Of a stretch of 64,000 bases of DNA, positions 28,952 to 38,819 are shown piece after piece (within the stretch, counting starts at the first letter, position 1; every line of letters starts with the position of its first letter). The notes under the pieces are model-generated. The model saw only the letters and a program-made list of their open reading frames with translations, was not told the DNA's origin and did not search any database. Made by a program: the position numbers and the translations under genes. The DNA is from Methylomonas sp. (GTDB lineage: Bacteria > Pseudomonadota > Gammaproteobacteria > Methylococcales > Methylomonadaceae): assembly GCF_023228165.1 (NCBI RefSeq), contig NZ_JALOBS010000005.1, forward strand, positions 82,264 through 146,263. Direction: 5' to 3'.

Positions 28952-30321
28952 TGAGACAAATTTTCAATTTCCAGCAATGCGTTCAAATCGCCCAAAAATG
29001 GAATGGCACCATATCGACCTTGCAGGTAACGCTTACGAATATCTTGGTCTGTTCGAACATTAAAATCAGCCAAGGAATAAAGATGGCTGGCTCCGGCTTG
29101 GTCTTTTTCCGCAAACCATATTTCATCGCGACGCAGTAGTTCCAAATCCAGCAAATTCGATTCGTGTGTGGTGATGATGATTTGATGCCTGCCACCTTGG
29201 CAGGATTTTAGAAAAAATTCCAAAAATTGCTTTGCCAAAATAGGGTGCATGCTACGGTCAATTTCATCGATAAAAAATACCGCATTGCCTGTTTGCAAGA
29301 AGTGTAATGCTGGCAGGAGATTTAATAGACGACGAGTGCCATCGGATTCCTCGCTCAAATCCAATGGAATTACCTTGCCTAGTTCGTGCTCATGAGCCGC
29401 TTGAATGCTTAATCTATAAAAATGGTTTTCCTCGCTACGCTCGATCAAAAGCTCATTGCCTTGTTCAAGGCTAATGACGGCGGTACCATCCTTATCTTCA
29501 ACTATATCTTCCAATAATTTGGAAACGAACTTTTTTGGCAACAGGTTACGTAGCTCTTCTTCGCTGATTTCGGTTTTTTGCGGTTGTAAATGTGTTATCC
29601 CGGTAGATGCTGATCTAAGAAAATCTCCGGCAAATGTTAAGAACGTTGAATCACTTGCTAATAAATGTCCAAGCGAACCGAAAGAGGAATCCGGTCCGAT
29701 GAATGTCAAATTGTCATCGAACCAGTTAATGACATTCGTTAACTCATCGTCATAATCTGCGCTATCCAGTGTTGCCTGAATGGTTGCTAGGAACGATTGG
29801 TTTTGTAGTCCGCCGACTGTAAACAGGGCACCTAGCTTACCCTTCTTGAATTTTGTCTTACCGGGTTCAACACGTACATTGCCTTGTTCATCAATTATTC
29901 GTTCATACAGACTTTTTTGTTTAGAGCCTACCACTTCGTACAACCATTCTTCAATAATTTTATAGTCGTCTATTTTTGCTCCATAGCGGTACAGTTTACT
30001 ATCAACAATAAATTGAAGATCGAATACGGAAGGTTCGTCCGCTTCTGGTCCAAAGCGGAATTTTTCGCGCTCCATGCCGCTGTTTTTTTTTCTTGGCTTG
30101 AGAACGATCGTTTTGAGATAGCGTAGCGCTTTAAAAAGGTTGGATTTCCCAGCGCCATTTGCGCCGTATAGAACAGCTGTTTTAAGTACTTTTTCTTTGG
30201 TACCAGGAATAGAACACGCATGATCTTCATGGCTGCCGCTAAGACGATTGCTGGCAACCAGCGACAAGGTCTGTTCCGAGGAAAAAGAACGGAAATTGGA
30301 AACAGAAAACGAGACAATCAT
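28948..30321 (-). CDS. RloA-like ABC/AAA_21 ATPase (AbiLi-like)
   Basis: SVSNFRSF, Walker A GANGAGKSN, signature ESDGT, Walker B FIDEID, H-loop TTH, YLQGRYGAIP; AT-rich. Confidence 0.88.
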   Translation of the reverse strand: MIVSFSVSNFRSFSSEQTLSLVASNRLSGSHEDHACSIPGTKEKVLKTAVLYGANGAGKSNLFKALRYLKTIVLKPRKKNSGMEREKFRFGPEADEPSVFDLQFIVDSKLYRYGAKIDDYKIIEEWLYEVVGSKQKSLYERIIDEQGNVRVEPGKTKFKKGKLGALFTVGGLQNQSFLATIQATLDSADYDDELTNVINWFDDNLTFIGPDSSFGSLGHLLASDSTFLTFAGDFLRSASTGITHLQPQKTEISEEELRNLLPKKFVSKLLEDIVEDKDGTAVISLEQGNELLIERSEENHFYRLSIQAAHEHELGKVIPLDLSEESDGTRRLLNLLPALHFLQTGNAVFFIDEIDRSMHPILAKQFLEFFLKSCQGGRHQIIITTHESNLLDLELLRRDEIWFAEKDQAGASHLYSLADFNVRTDQDIRKRYLQGRYGAIPFLGDLNALLEIENLSQ

Positions 30322-30580
30322 GTGCTTATGTGTGATTTTTTCACAGAATAGAAGTTTTTTATGGTGAAATATAAGGCGATATTAACATAGATTATGTGAT
30401 ATTTCCGCGCTATCAGTATAGGTACGTATTGCATACATTCGGTTTATAGCGTGTGCAATCTGATCGCTCCTGGAACGATATGCGGGTTCGTTATATCTTG
30501 CGAGCATCCACTGTTGGCAATAATCAGATGATCGATAAAATACTTTGAATGGCAGAAACGGGGCGACAACGATCAGCACG

Positions 30581-30609
30581 GTAGGATGCGGTGAGGTACG
30601 AACCGCATC
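30581..30609 (+). repeat. GTAG-type REP, copy 1
   Basis: GTAG foot + GATGCGGT-N9-ACCGCATC palindrome just 3' of the RAYT stop. Confidence 0.8.
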
Positions 30610-30616
30610 GTTCGCG

Positions 30617-31014
30617 TTATTCTCCAGCCGCTACCTTCGATAAATCGATGTCATCGCCCCAATTTTCAGGATATATACCATGTTTCACATAACCATGAAA
30701 ACTTGAATGGGGCCAATCTTTAACTGATTTAACCCAGCCATGCTTGACCGGGTTCCAATGAATGTAATCGACATGCTGCCGATAATCGGTTTCATCGCGA
30801 ATAAGATGTTCCCAAAACCGTCGCTGCCATAAGCCCCTTTCACCTCGCTTTTCTCGGCTTTGGGAAATTCTCTCATTTTTTGCGATGTGTCGCGAAAAAT
30901 AGGCTTTGATTAATCCCCAGCGAGTAGAAAAGTCGGAATCACCATCGGGTAACGTTAAAACACAATGTAAATGTTCTGGCAATACGACAATCGCATCGAT
31001 TTCATAGGGATGAT
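30617..31014 (-). pseudogene. 3' two-thirds of a REP-associated tyrosine transposase (duplicated fragment, no N-terminus)
   Basis: HLHC (HUH), WQRRFWEH and DYIHWNP intact; sequence identity to the upstream copy ends at 31014. Confidence 0.85.
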
Positions 31015-31021
31015 TAGCACG

Positions 31022-31050
31022 GTAGGATGTGCTGAGGTAGGAACCGCATC
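31022..31050 (+). repeat. GTAG-type REP, copy 2 (degenerate)
   Basis: GTAG-GATGTGCT-N9-ACCGCATC, 441 bp from copy 1. Confidence 0.75.
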
Positions 31051-31057
31051 GTTCGGG

Positions 31058-31608
31058 TTATTCTCCAGTCGCTACCTTCGATAAATCGATGTCATCGCCC
31101 CAATTTTCAGGATACACACCACGCTTTACATAACCATGAAAACTTGAATAGGGCCAATCTTTAACAGTTCTAACCCAGCCATGCCTGATCGGGTTCCAAT
31201 GAATGTATTCGATATGCTGCCGATAATCGGTTTCATCCCTAATAAGGTGTTCCCAAAATCGCCGCTGCCACTTGTGCCTTTTGGGTATAAGCCTCTTTTA
31301 CCCCGTTTTTCTCGACTTTGGGAAATTCTCTCACCTTTTGCTATATGGCGGGAAAAATAGGCTTTGATTAATCCCCAGCGGGTAGAAAAGTCGGAATCAC
31401 CATCGGGTAACGTTAAAACACAATGTAAATGTTCTGGCAATACCACAATCGCATCGATTTCATAGGGATGATGAGCTTGCACATGGGCAAATGCCATCCG
31501 CAACAGATCAATCCGATCCGTTAATAGTCGATTGCCATGGCGTTCGACCAAATTAACGCTAAAAAACCATGTGGCTCCAGGAAATTGAAAACGGCGATAT
31601 TCAATCAT
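31058..31608 (-). pseudogene. REP-associated tyrosine transposase (RAYT/TnpA-REP), frameshifted
   Basis: YRR.QFPGATWFFSVNL, HLHC; a 17-bp insert at 31271-31287 relative to the other copy shifts the frame just before WQRRFWEH. Confidence 0.85.
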
Positions 31609-31763
31609 CGTTTTGGTTTATGTAGATAATTTGCCCGCTTTACAGGAAGACTTGACTATCATGTTGGCACAGTTGCAAACATGCCTGCCATTCCGGCTCT
31701 AAGAACCAATACCAATCGGGTTTTTCGTTATTTGTGTCATCCGACAGCGTTCCAGCTGAAAAG

Positions 31764-32045
31764 CTAAAGGTTTTTCAGCACGTCCACACCTTTATCGATT
31801 TGTGCCTTGATAATGTCCGCCTCCAATTGCAGGGCTTTTTTCATTTCCTCGTCCCGGCATGCCTCCAACATTTTTTTAATTTTGTTCTGTTTGGTTTTCA
31901 GCTTTTTGATCACGCCTTTAATCTGCTCCGATTTTTTCTTCTTTGCCTTTGCATCGGAATTGAAAAAAGCTTGTAACCGAGACAACAATTCAATTTTATT
32001 CATGATCAATTGCCTGTTTGGGTTTAATAACTTCCTGCATTTCAT
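31764..32045 (-). CDS. Small Lys-rich helical hypothetical protein (true start probably near 32003)
   Basis: MNKIELLSRLQAFFNSDAKAKKKK..., overlapping the end of the Na/Pi transporter gene. Confidence 0.6.
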   Translation of the reverse strand: MKCRKLLNPNRQLIMNKIELLSRLQAFFNSDAKAKKKKSEQIKGVIKKLKTKQNKIKKMLEACRDEEMKKALQLEADIIKAQIDKGVDVLKNL

Positions 32046-33825
32046 GATCGGTCAAGGCGAACTCCTTCTCTGCCTTGACCGAATCTGCTGCGTGGTTAAT
32101 GAATACAGTTTCCGCCATCCGAAGCAAATTACTTTGTATATCATAGACGTAGGAATTATCGTTTAGCAACGAGGTACCCGCCTCGGCGCTGATTTTGTGT
32201 TCACGAATCAGGCTTTCTATAATTTCGATGGCGGCTTGACGTTGCTCCTTGATTCGCCCCTTAAGCGCATCCAGCGACAACAACGGCAACTCGTTTACCA
32301 CATCCGTATCTTTGATTTTCTGCAACTCCCGAATCACCATCGCTATCTGATAACGGATACGGTCATACTCGTCGGTCTGATAGCGGTTATAGGAGCGATT
32401 GTGTTTTAGCAGATTTTTCTGCAAATGCTTCATCCCTTTTACCGCTTCCACCAACTTTAAATTGGCCTGACGCAGCCAGTGCAGCCGTCCCGACTGCTTC
32501 ATTTCCCAGGTAAAGCGCGCCTGACTGACAAATTCGATAATCGCGCTATACAGGCCTTTGATATTGCGGTCATAAGCATCATCGATATCGTAATCGCCAA
32601 TAAGCCTATATCGGCTGATCACGACGTTCAGATCCTGCCCGGAATAAACATCACGCCTATGCAGACCCATGGCCTTCAAAATGATATGCGTAGCGTTCTC
32701 GTATAAATGCATGGTTTCCTGCTGCACCGACTCAACCGCCGTATCGGGATACTGCAAGGCCGAGGTAGTCAGGAAACGCGGTAAATCGACACTGGCTGTT
32801 TTTTCCTGCATCACCTTTTCCAGCAACCTCGCCATTAATCCGGAGACGGGTAACATGATGATGACACCGGCAAAGTTAAATACGCTATGAAACATCGCCA
32901 GCTTCAAGGTGTAATCATCCTGGGCAATACCGACGTGGCGGCAAAGAAACTCAACCACCCAACTAAATTGCTGCAAAAATACAATTGCCAGCAAACCGGT
33001 AAATACATTGAATAATACATGGGCCCCGGCCAGACGTTTACCCTTGATATTGGCGCCGAACGCACCCAAAACCGCGGTAATCGTGGTGCCGACATTCGAG
33101 CCGATGGCCAGCGCCAAGGCATTGTCATAGCTGATTTGCTGACTCGCCAACGCGGTAATAATCAAGACCATGGTGGCCCCGCTGGCCTGAATGATCACGG
33201 TCACCACCATCCCCACCAACACATAGATCAACAAACCGCGCATACCGGTCATCGCGTACTGACTAAGGTCGATATTGCCCTTGAAAGCGTCAAAACCGTC
33301 TTTCATGTACTGAATGCCTAGAAACAAAAAACCCAGGCCCAGCAGGATATGCCCGACACCCTGATAACTCTTTTGTTTAGTCAGCTGCAATAAAACACCA
33401 AAAACCAACAACGGCATGGCATAGCCGGCAATATTCACCTTGAGACCGAAGCCCGCCACCAGCCAAGCGCCAGTAGTGGTGCCAATGTTGGCGCCAAAAA
33501 TAATACCTATGCCGGCAGCCAAATCCAGCAAACCGGCACTGATGAACGAGATAACCAGCACCGATAATAAGGAACTGGACTGCATCAAGGTGGTGGTGGC
33601 AATGCCGAACAACAAGCGCTTAGGCATATTATCGGTGGCATTACGCAGTATGCGTTCCAAGATGCCGCCGGTAAAAAACTTAAAACCCTGTTGCAAGGAC
33701 AGCATGCCGAACAGAAATATCGAGATGCCTGCGACAATGGTTTTGAAATCCGCGCTGAGCCAAAAACCCAGCGCCAACAAGCCAAGCAGCAAAAAAAACA
33801 GGCTGTGTTTAATCGTGTTATCCAT
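31996..33825 (-). CDS. Na+/phosphate cotransporter family (NptA/YjbB) with C-terminal helical PhoU-like region
   Basis: Two QSS/QAS repeats (MQSSS, IQASG), GANIGTT and GSNVGTT, many TMs. Confidence 0.9.
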   Translation of the reverse strand: MDNTIKHSLFFLLLGLLALGFWLSADFKTIVAGISIFLFGMLSLQQGFKFFTGGILERILRNATDNMPKRLLFGIATTTLMQSSSLLSVLVISFISAGLLDLAAGIGIIFGANIGTTTGAWLVAGFGLKVNIAGYAMPLLVFGVLLQLTKQKSYQGVGHILLGLGFLFLGIQYMKDGFDAFKGNIDLSQYAMTGMRGLLIYVLVGMVVTVIIQASGATMVLIITALASQQISYDNALALAIGSNVGTTITAVLGAFGANIKGKRLAGAHVLFNVFTGLLAIVFLQQFSWVVEFLCRHVGIAQDDYTLKLAMFHSVFNFAGVIIMLPVSGLMARLLEKVMQEKTASVDLPRFLTTSALQYPDTAVESVQQETMHLYENATHIILKAMGLHRRDVYSGQDLNVVISRYRLIGDYDIDDAYDRNIKGLYSAIIEFVSQARFTWEMKQSGRLHWLRQANLKLVEAVKGMKHLQKNLLKHNRSYNRYQTDEYDRIRYQIAMVIRELQKIKDTDVVNELPLLSLDALKGRIKEQRQAAIEIIESLIREHKISAEAGTSLLNDNSYVYDIQSNLLRMAETVFINHAADSVKAEKEFALTDHEMQEVIKPKQAIDHE

Positions 33826-33908
33826 TCTGTATCCCCAATGTTATTGCGACTTCCTTGTCATGCATGGTCGAGCCAATGCCTCTATCGCTACGGCAATTCT
33901 AACAATGT

Positions 33909-34136
33909 TTAGGGGACGAGCAGGAATTTGCACCGGTTCCGGTCATCGGAGCCATTGGCACGGCTATCCGTACAGTCGCTGGTATTGATCCGGTAAATCA
34001 TCAAGTAGACTTTACCGTTGGCCACCACCGGCGGAATCATTCTGGACATTTTGCCCAGTCCGCCGTTGTGTTCGTCTCCGGTCCGGATCAGGCGTTTCAT
34101 GCGGTTGCTCGATTCGATGGCGGTGGCATCGCAAGA
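33909..34136 (-). pseudogene. Possible remnant of a PQQ-like beta-propeller gene 3' end
   Basis: DATA...LGKMSRMIPPVVANGKVYL resembles propeller-blade C-termini; no usable start upstream. Confidence 0.3.
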
Positions 34137-34369
34137 TCAGGTAGGAATGTGCGAATTCCATCACGGCCAGGGGGCAATAAGCTTCCTCACCTCCCCAAGA
34201 CCGGATAGTTGGAAGCGATATTTTCTTGTGTTACAACCAAATTTGTCTTGCAATACCAGGCAGACCATACATGACCCTTATTTTTCTTAAAGGCAGTAGA
34301 GCAAAACAAATATCAAATGTAAGGCCTAACCCCTTCGCGCACGAAATAGGGTCGATTGACTCCTGTTTT

Positions 34370-34400
34370 GTCGCCCCCACGCGGACGCGCGGTTTGAAAC
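34370..34400 (+). CRISPR. Solitary, degenerate type I-C-like CRISPR repeat (no array, no cas)
   Basis: GTCGCCCCCACGCGGACGCGCGGTTTGAAAC: 31 nt, 5' GTCGC, 3' TTGAAAC, 7-bp stem with two mismatches and a 4-nt loop. Confidence 0.55.
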
Positions 34401-34738
34401 CACAAATATTAAATGGAGATTTAAATGATTTGCGGCAAAAAGAAGGTTAAATCCTTCAGTTAAAAATTTAGAGTAAAAATATAAAGCAATATACTAATAC
34501 TATCTGATTACGGTTGATTTTAAGATTTAAAAATATCTGCTTTAGTGGGTCAGGCAAATTTGCGACATAAAAACAGCGCAATTAATCGGGTTATTAGGGT
34601 GCTAGAATTAAATACTAGATTTAAGTTATTTTTTATACTACTTTTGAGCTTGACTTTAAATATCATTTTGAATATAAAAAGTCTACGCGAGAACTACGCC
34701 TCCTGTCTCGCTAGCCAGCCAGTCCTCTTTCTCACAAC

Positions 34739-35809
34739 ATGGATATTGCAATGAAACCAATATCGGTCAAAAAAGAAAGCCAGTACGTTTTTAACCACTG
34801 TGCTAAGTATTTAGCAAGAGACAATAGCGATATTCGGCACAACTTTGGACAATTTACCGATAACGATCCTGCGGCGAGAATTTGCGAGTCGTGGCGTTTT
34901 CCGATTATAGACAGCTACAGCGATGGCATTGATTTTGAAACAAGCTACGCTTTCAACACTGTCACGTTTATTTATCCGGATTTTGACCGGTCGGTTGAGA
35001 ACGTAGCGGTAATCGGTAGCTTCGCTAACCTTTATGAACCGATGTCTTTGACTCGTGTCGAAAACAGCTGTTATTTTGCGTTGTCATTGCTTATTCCGAA
35101 AGGCCAGGTGCATACTTATCAATTCCTGGTGGACGGAGTATTAAAGCTAGATCCAATCAACCCTCAAACCGTAACATTGGATAACGGAAAAACCTGGTCT
35201 CGGTTTTTTACCGAATTTTGTACCGTGCCCTTATCTTTCGAGCGTTGGGAGATGGTACTACTCGATCGCTTGACTGATCATATTTTGCCTTTTCATACCG
35301 AATCAGGCGAAAATTTTCTCGATCGTTATTACGAAAATCTGGACAGAGCGGCGAAAAACGCGCAGTTTGCCCATGCTTACCGGCTCGACCAATCGGTCGG
35401 CGTGGTCAATTTTATCGATAAACTATTAGCGCGTTCGGAAAGGCATTTTTTGGATGATTATCATACCTGCCTCGACTTGACTAACAGCATTTTAAGAGGG
35501 CGTAGTGTCGCCGAAATTGCGGCTATGCCGAAAGCAATGTTTGTCGATATCTACGCTGAGATGGCTTCAGGTTCAGTCAATGGCTGGGACTATACACGGT
35601 ATTCTAATCCTAGGTTTTTCTTACAGCTCTTACGCCGCCACACGTTTACCGGTGCCTTTGCCCATCCTAAATACGGCGGCAACAGTGCCGCATCCGCTTG
35701 GGCGTTTCTGGAAGAACGCTACAAGTCAAAGGTAACGGGTGAAACTTTATTCGATTGGGGGCGGGTCATTGAAAAACCGTTAGGTTTCGCCCCTAACTAT
35801 CACGGTTAA
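34739..35809 (+). CDS. CBM48/AMPK-beta-like glycogen-binding domain fused to a gluconate-2-dehydrogenase-subunit-3-like domain
   Basis: VAVIGSFAN...YQFLVDG..KLDPINP (CBM48-like); LRRHTFTGAFAHPKYGGN (G2DH subunit-3-like). Confidence 0.65.
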   Translation: MDIAMKPISVKKESQYVFNHCAKYLARDNSDIRHNFGQFTDNDPAARICESWRFPIIDSYSDGIDFETSYAFNTVTFIYPDFDRSVENVAVIGSFANLYEPMSLTRVENSCYFALSLLIPKGQVHTYQFLVDGVLKLDPINPQTVTLDNGKTWSRFFTEFCTVPLSFERWEMVLLDRLTDHILPFHTESGENFLDRYYENLDRAAKNAQFAHAYRLDQSVGVVNFIDKLLARSERHFLDDYHTCLDLTNSILRGRSVAEIAAMPKAMFVDIYAEMASGSVNGWDYTRYSNPRFFLQLLRRHTFTGAFAHPKYGGNSAASAWAFLEERYKSKVTGETLFDWGRVIEKPLGFAPNYHG

Positions 35810-35844
35810 TTCAGTTTTCAAATCAATAACCCCGGAGGGTTACG

Positions 35845-37659
35845 ATGGAAGAAGAATTCGACGTCATCATCGTCGGTAGCGGTGCCGGCGGCGCTCCGGT
35901 AGCGCATACTTTAGTGAATGCCGGGAAAACAGTATTGATTTTGGAAAAAGGTCCACTGTTTTTGCCGCAATATCAAGACGACAAAGGCCTTTCCGACTTC
36001 AAACGAGATGAGCTATTTGCAACCGGCTCGGAAAAGCGCATTACCCTTTCAGGCGTCTCTAATCAGGGCAGCTCCTATTACTCGAGTCACGTCGAACCGG
36101 ATCTTAACGATGAGCCGCATATTTATCAAAGTGCTGACGGCACCGATAAAGCGACGCTGGAAGGATATACCGCGCAAGTTGTCGGCGGAGGTACGCAGCT
36201 ATATGGCGCGGTGTCATTACGATTCACGGAAACCGATTTTCGTTTGGGTAGTTTCAATCGCGACCGCACCGATATCTTGAATGATCCTAACGACGATATA
36301 CGGCGCGAAGCGCCGGACTGGCCGATCGGTTATAACGATCTTGAACCCTATTACACCAAGACTGAAAAACTCATCGGCATCAACGGTACCCGGGCAAATC
36401 AAAAGAAATTCTTCTCGGCAGACAATTATCAAACGCCCTATTCGCCCAATCCGATTAGCCGCTATGTAGAAGTCGGTATGGATGCATTGTCATTGCCGCG
36501 CTATCGTACGCCTTTGGCCGTCATCACTCAGGACCATGCCCCGAGCGGCCGGAAAGTCGAAACGGATTTATCGGAACCTGCGAAAACGGGTTTAGTGAAT
36601 CGTTATGGCGATCCGATGGGTTATAAATCCAATACTTGGGTTGCGCTGTTGAGCCCGATCAAAGACAAGGATAATTTCGAAATCCGATGCAATTGCGTCG
36701 TGACGCATATTGAAAACCAAGCCAGCAGGATAAGCCGTGTGTTTTATCGCGATCCATGCGGCGATCAAAAAACGGTGCGCGGCAAGATCGTGGTCATTGC
36801 TTGCTCGGCTATCGAGTCAGTTCGGCTGTTGATGTTGGCGGCCCGCGAAAACGCCGATTTTGCCGCCCGTATTAATCCAAACGATCTATTGGGAAGGTAT
36901 TTTTTAACGCATTGTTTCGGTGGTGCGGAAACGGAAATGCCCGATCGGTTCGACAAATCCGTTTCGCTCGACAGCGACTGGGCCACCGATGCATTCGCTA
37001 CGGAAGAATTCATCCGCAGCAAAGGTTTATGGGCCGGCGGCGCCGTTTATAACAATACCTCGGATCAGGCGCTGCCTATCTCGTTGGCGCGAACCCATGG
37101 CAGCCAGGATATCGATACGATTTGGGAGGCCTTTGTCGCCGATACTGCTAAGACCGGTTCCGAATTATTAGCGTTTCTTGATCGCGACTTCGGTACACGC
37201 TTATCGGTCAGCTTTATGGCTAATCAAGTTCCGCTACGAACGAACCGCATCGAATTGCATCCAACCGTAGTGGATAAATGGAATCGTCCCAGCGCCTATA
37301 TCATCAAGGATTGGCATCCACACGACATTTACTTGATGGACACGCTGGCGGAACAGTGTAAAAACATTCTGGCGTTTGGCGGCGACAACGGTATCGGCAA
37401 CTATCCGGTCGAGGGCTTTGGTGCTGTTTATATGGCGAGTAACGCCCGGGCGCGTATTGCCAATCATATTCTAGGCGGCGCTCGCTTCGGGTTTTCGCCT
37501 GACGATTCGGTTTTGGACGTCAATTGCCGGGCATGGGGCTTTGACAATCTTTATTTGACGGATGGTTCCTTTATGCCGACTTCCGGCAGCGCCAATCCCA
37601 CTCATACCATACAAGCTAATGCGTTCCGCGTGGCAGACAAGATTCTCGAGGTGATCTAA
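35845..37659 (+). CDS. GMC-family FAD oxidoreductase
   Basis: DVIIVGSGAGG, VGGGTQLYGA, GRYFLTH, HILGGARFG, NLYLTDGSFMPTSGSANPT. Confidence 0.93.
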   Translation: MEEEFDVIIVGSGAGGAPVAHTLVNAGKTVLILEKGPLFLPQYQDDKGLSDFKRDELFATGSEKRITLSGVSNQGSSYYSSHVEPDLNDEPHIYQSADGTDKATLEGYTAQVVGGGTQLYGAVSLRFTETDFRLGSFNRDRTDILNDPNDDIRREAPDWPIGYNDLEPYYTKTEKLIGINGTRANQKKFFSADNYQTPYSPNPISRYVEVGMDALSLPRYRTPLAVITQDHAPSGRKVETDLSEPAKTGLVNRYGDPMGYKSNTWVALLSPIKDKDNFEIRCNCVVTHIENQASRISRVFYRDPCGDQKTVRGKIVVIACSAIESVRLLMLAARENADFAARINPNDLLGRYFLTHCFGGAETEMPDRFDKSVSLDSDWATDAFATEEFIRSKGLWAGGAVYNNTSDQALPISLARTHGSQDIDTIWEAFVADTAKTGSELLAFLDRDFGTRLSVSFMANQVPLRTNRIELHPTVVDKWNRPSAYIIKDWHPHDIYLMDTLAEQCKNILAFGGDNGIGNYPVEGFGAVYMASNARARIANHILGGARFGFSPDDSVLDVNCRAWGFDNLYLTDGSFMPTSGSANPTHTIQANAFRVADKILEVI

Positions 37660-38796
37660 ATGGATTCCCGCTTTAATAAAATTTTTACCGACCCGGAAAA
37701 CAGTATATTCAAAGTCGTTTTCTTTCCCGACCGCATCTATCACGCGCAATACTTGAATGCGACCCGCAGCCTGCGCTATCGCTACAATGTTCAGGAAGTC
37801 AGGACTAAAGCCGATACCACCATTATGAAAGGCGAAGTCTATATGGATGGTCTGTTTTACAGCAATTTCATGCGTATCGAATACCGTGCCGGACGTTTAG
37901 TTGAAACCGCCCGGGAGAACAACCGCTTCTTGCGTGATCAATTGCTCGCTTTCGTTCGATTGTTACCCAATGACGCCGGCTTAAACGCCGAAGCGATGGT
38001 GAAGTTGCATTATTGCCAATGGGTGGATGCCTACCAAGCTGAAATTTGGCAAACCCTGGAGCCTCCGGAAAACAACCATCACGATTTTCAAGTGCTGGAC
38101 CTGATGGGTAGAAACAAAGATATCACACGGATTCAGGCATTTACGCCGGCCCTGGACGATATTAAAGGCTTGCGACGTATTGAAATCGCGTTTAGAGAAA
38201 ACGATAAGGACCTGCCATTTGGTTTTACCATCGATAACCCGGCCTGGGACAACAATTATCTGCGCTCCCATCAACAGCCCAATGAGTCCACACCAAGCAG
38301 CGATGCGAATACGGTAAGCGATTTGTCTTACTTGATCGATTTCCAGCGCGGATGGTTTTTGCAAGCGGACGATGTTGCGCCTGTGCGTTACCGTAATGCG
38401 CTAATGGAAGAAAATAATCCCGACCGCGCCGACGACAATATCGTTGAAATGCGCTGGATATTGCAACGGGAGCTGGGAGGAAGCTTGGTGTTTTTCCACG
38501 AAGTCACCATTCCACCCGGTAAAACGGAAGGCACGCATCGGCATATCGGTAGTGAGGAACTTTATTACATCGTCTCCGGAGAAGGTACCGCCTATATGGG
38601 CGAAGACGACGATCCGGCGATAGCCAATTTACCGACGGTGCAGCGCGCCATTTACGGATTGGATATGCATAATTGTAAGGAAATCAAAGTGAAGCCCGGC
38701 AGTGTGATCTTTACCAAAAGCGGTGGTATCCACGGTATCCGAAATCAAGGAAATAAACCGTTGAAATTTGTCGCCTTTCTTTATCAAAGCAGTTAA
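37660..38796 (+). CDS. Unknown N-terminal domain + C-terminal metal-binding cupin
   Basis: PGKTEGTHRHIGSEELYYIVSG and GGIHGIRN motifs; ATG abuts the GMC stop. Confidence 0.85.
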   Translation: MDSRFNKIFTDPENSIFKVVFFPDRIYHAQYLNATRSLRYRYNVQEVRTKADTTIMKGEVYMDGLFYSNFMRIEYRAGRLVETARENNRFLRDQLLAFVRLLPNDAGLNAEAMVKLHYCQWVDAYQAEIWQTLEPPENNHHDFQVLDLMGRNKDITRIQAFTPALDDIKGLRRIEIAFRENDKDLPFGFTIDNPAWDNNYLRSHQQPNESTPSSDANTVSDLSYLIDFQRGWFLQADDVAPVRYRNALMEENNPDRADDNIVEMRWILQRELGGSLVFFHEVTIPPGKTEGTHRHIGSEELYYIVSGEGTAYMGEDDDPAIANLPTVQRAIYGLDMHNCKEIKVKPGSVIFTKSGGIHGIRNQGNKPLKFVAFLYQSS

Positions 38797-38819
38797 CCAG
38801 CCTAACGCAGAATATAGCT

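Noticed and set aside
30382-30579. 65-aa ORF between the ATPase and the REP
   Set aside because: No motif or RBS; probably non-coding promoter region
34200-34740. Possible CRISPR array or cas locus around the solitary repeat
   Set aside because: No second repeat at spacer distance and no cas gene in the window; only the single unit is reported
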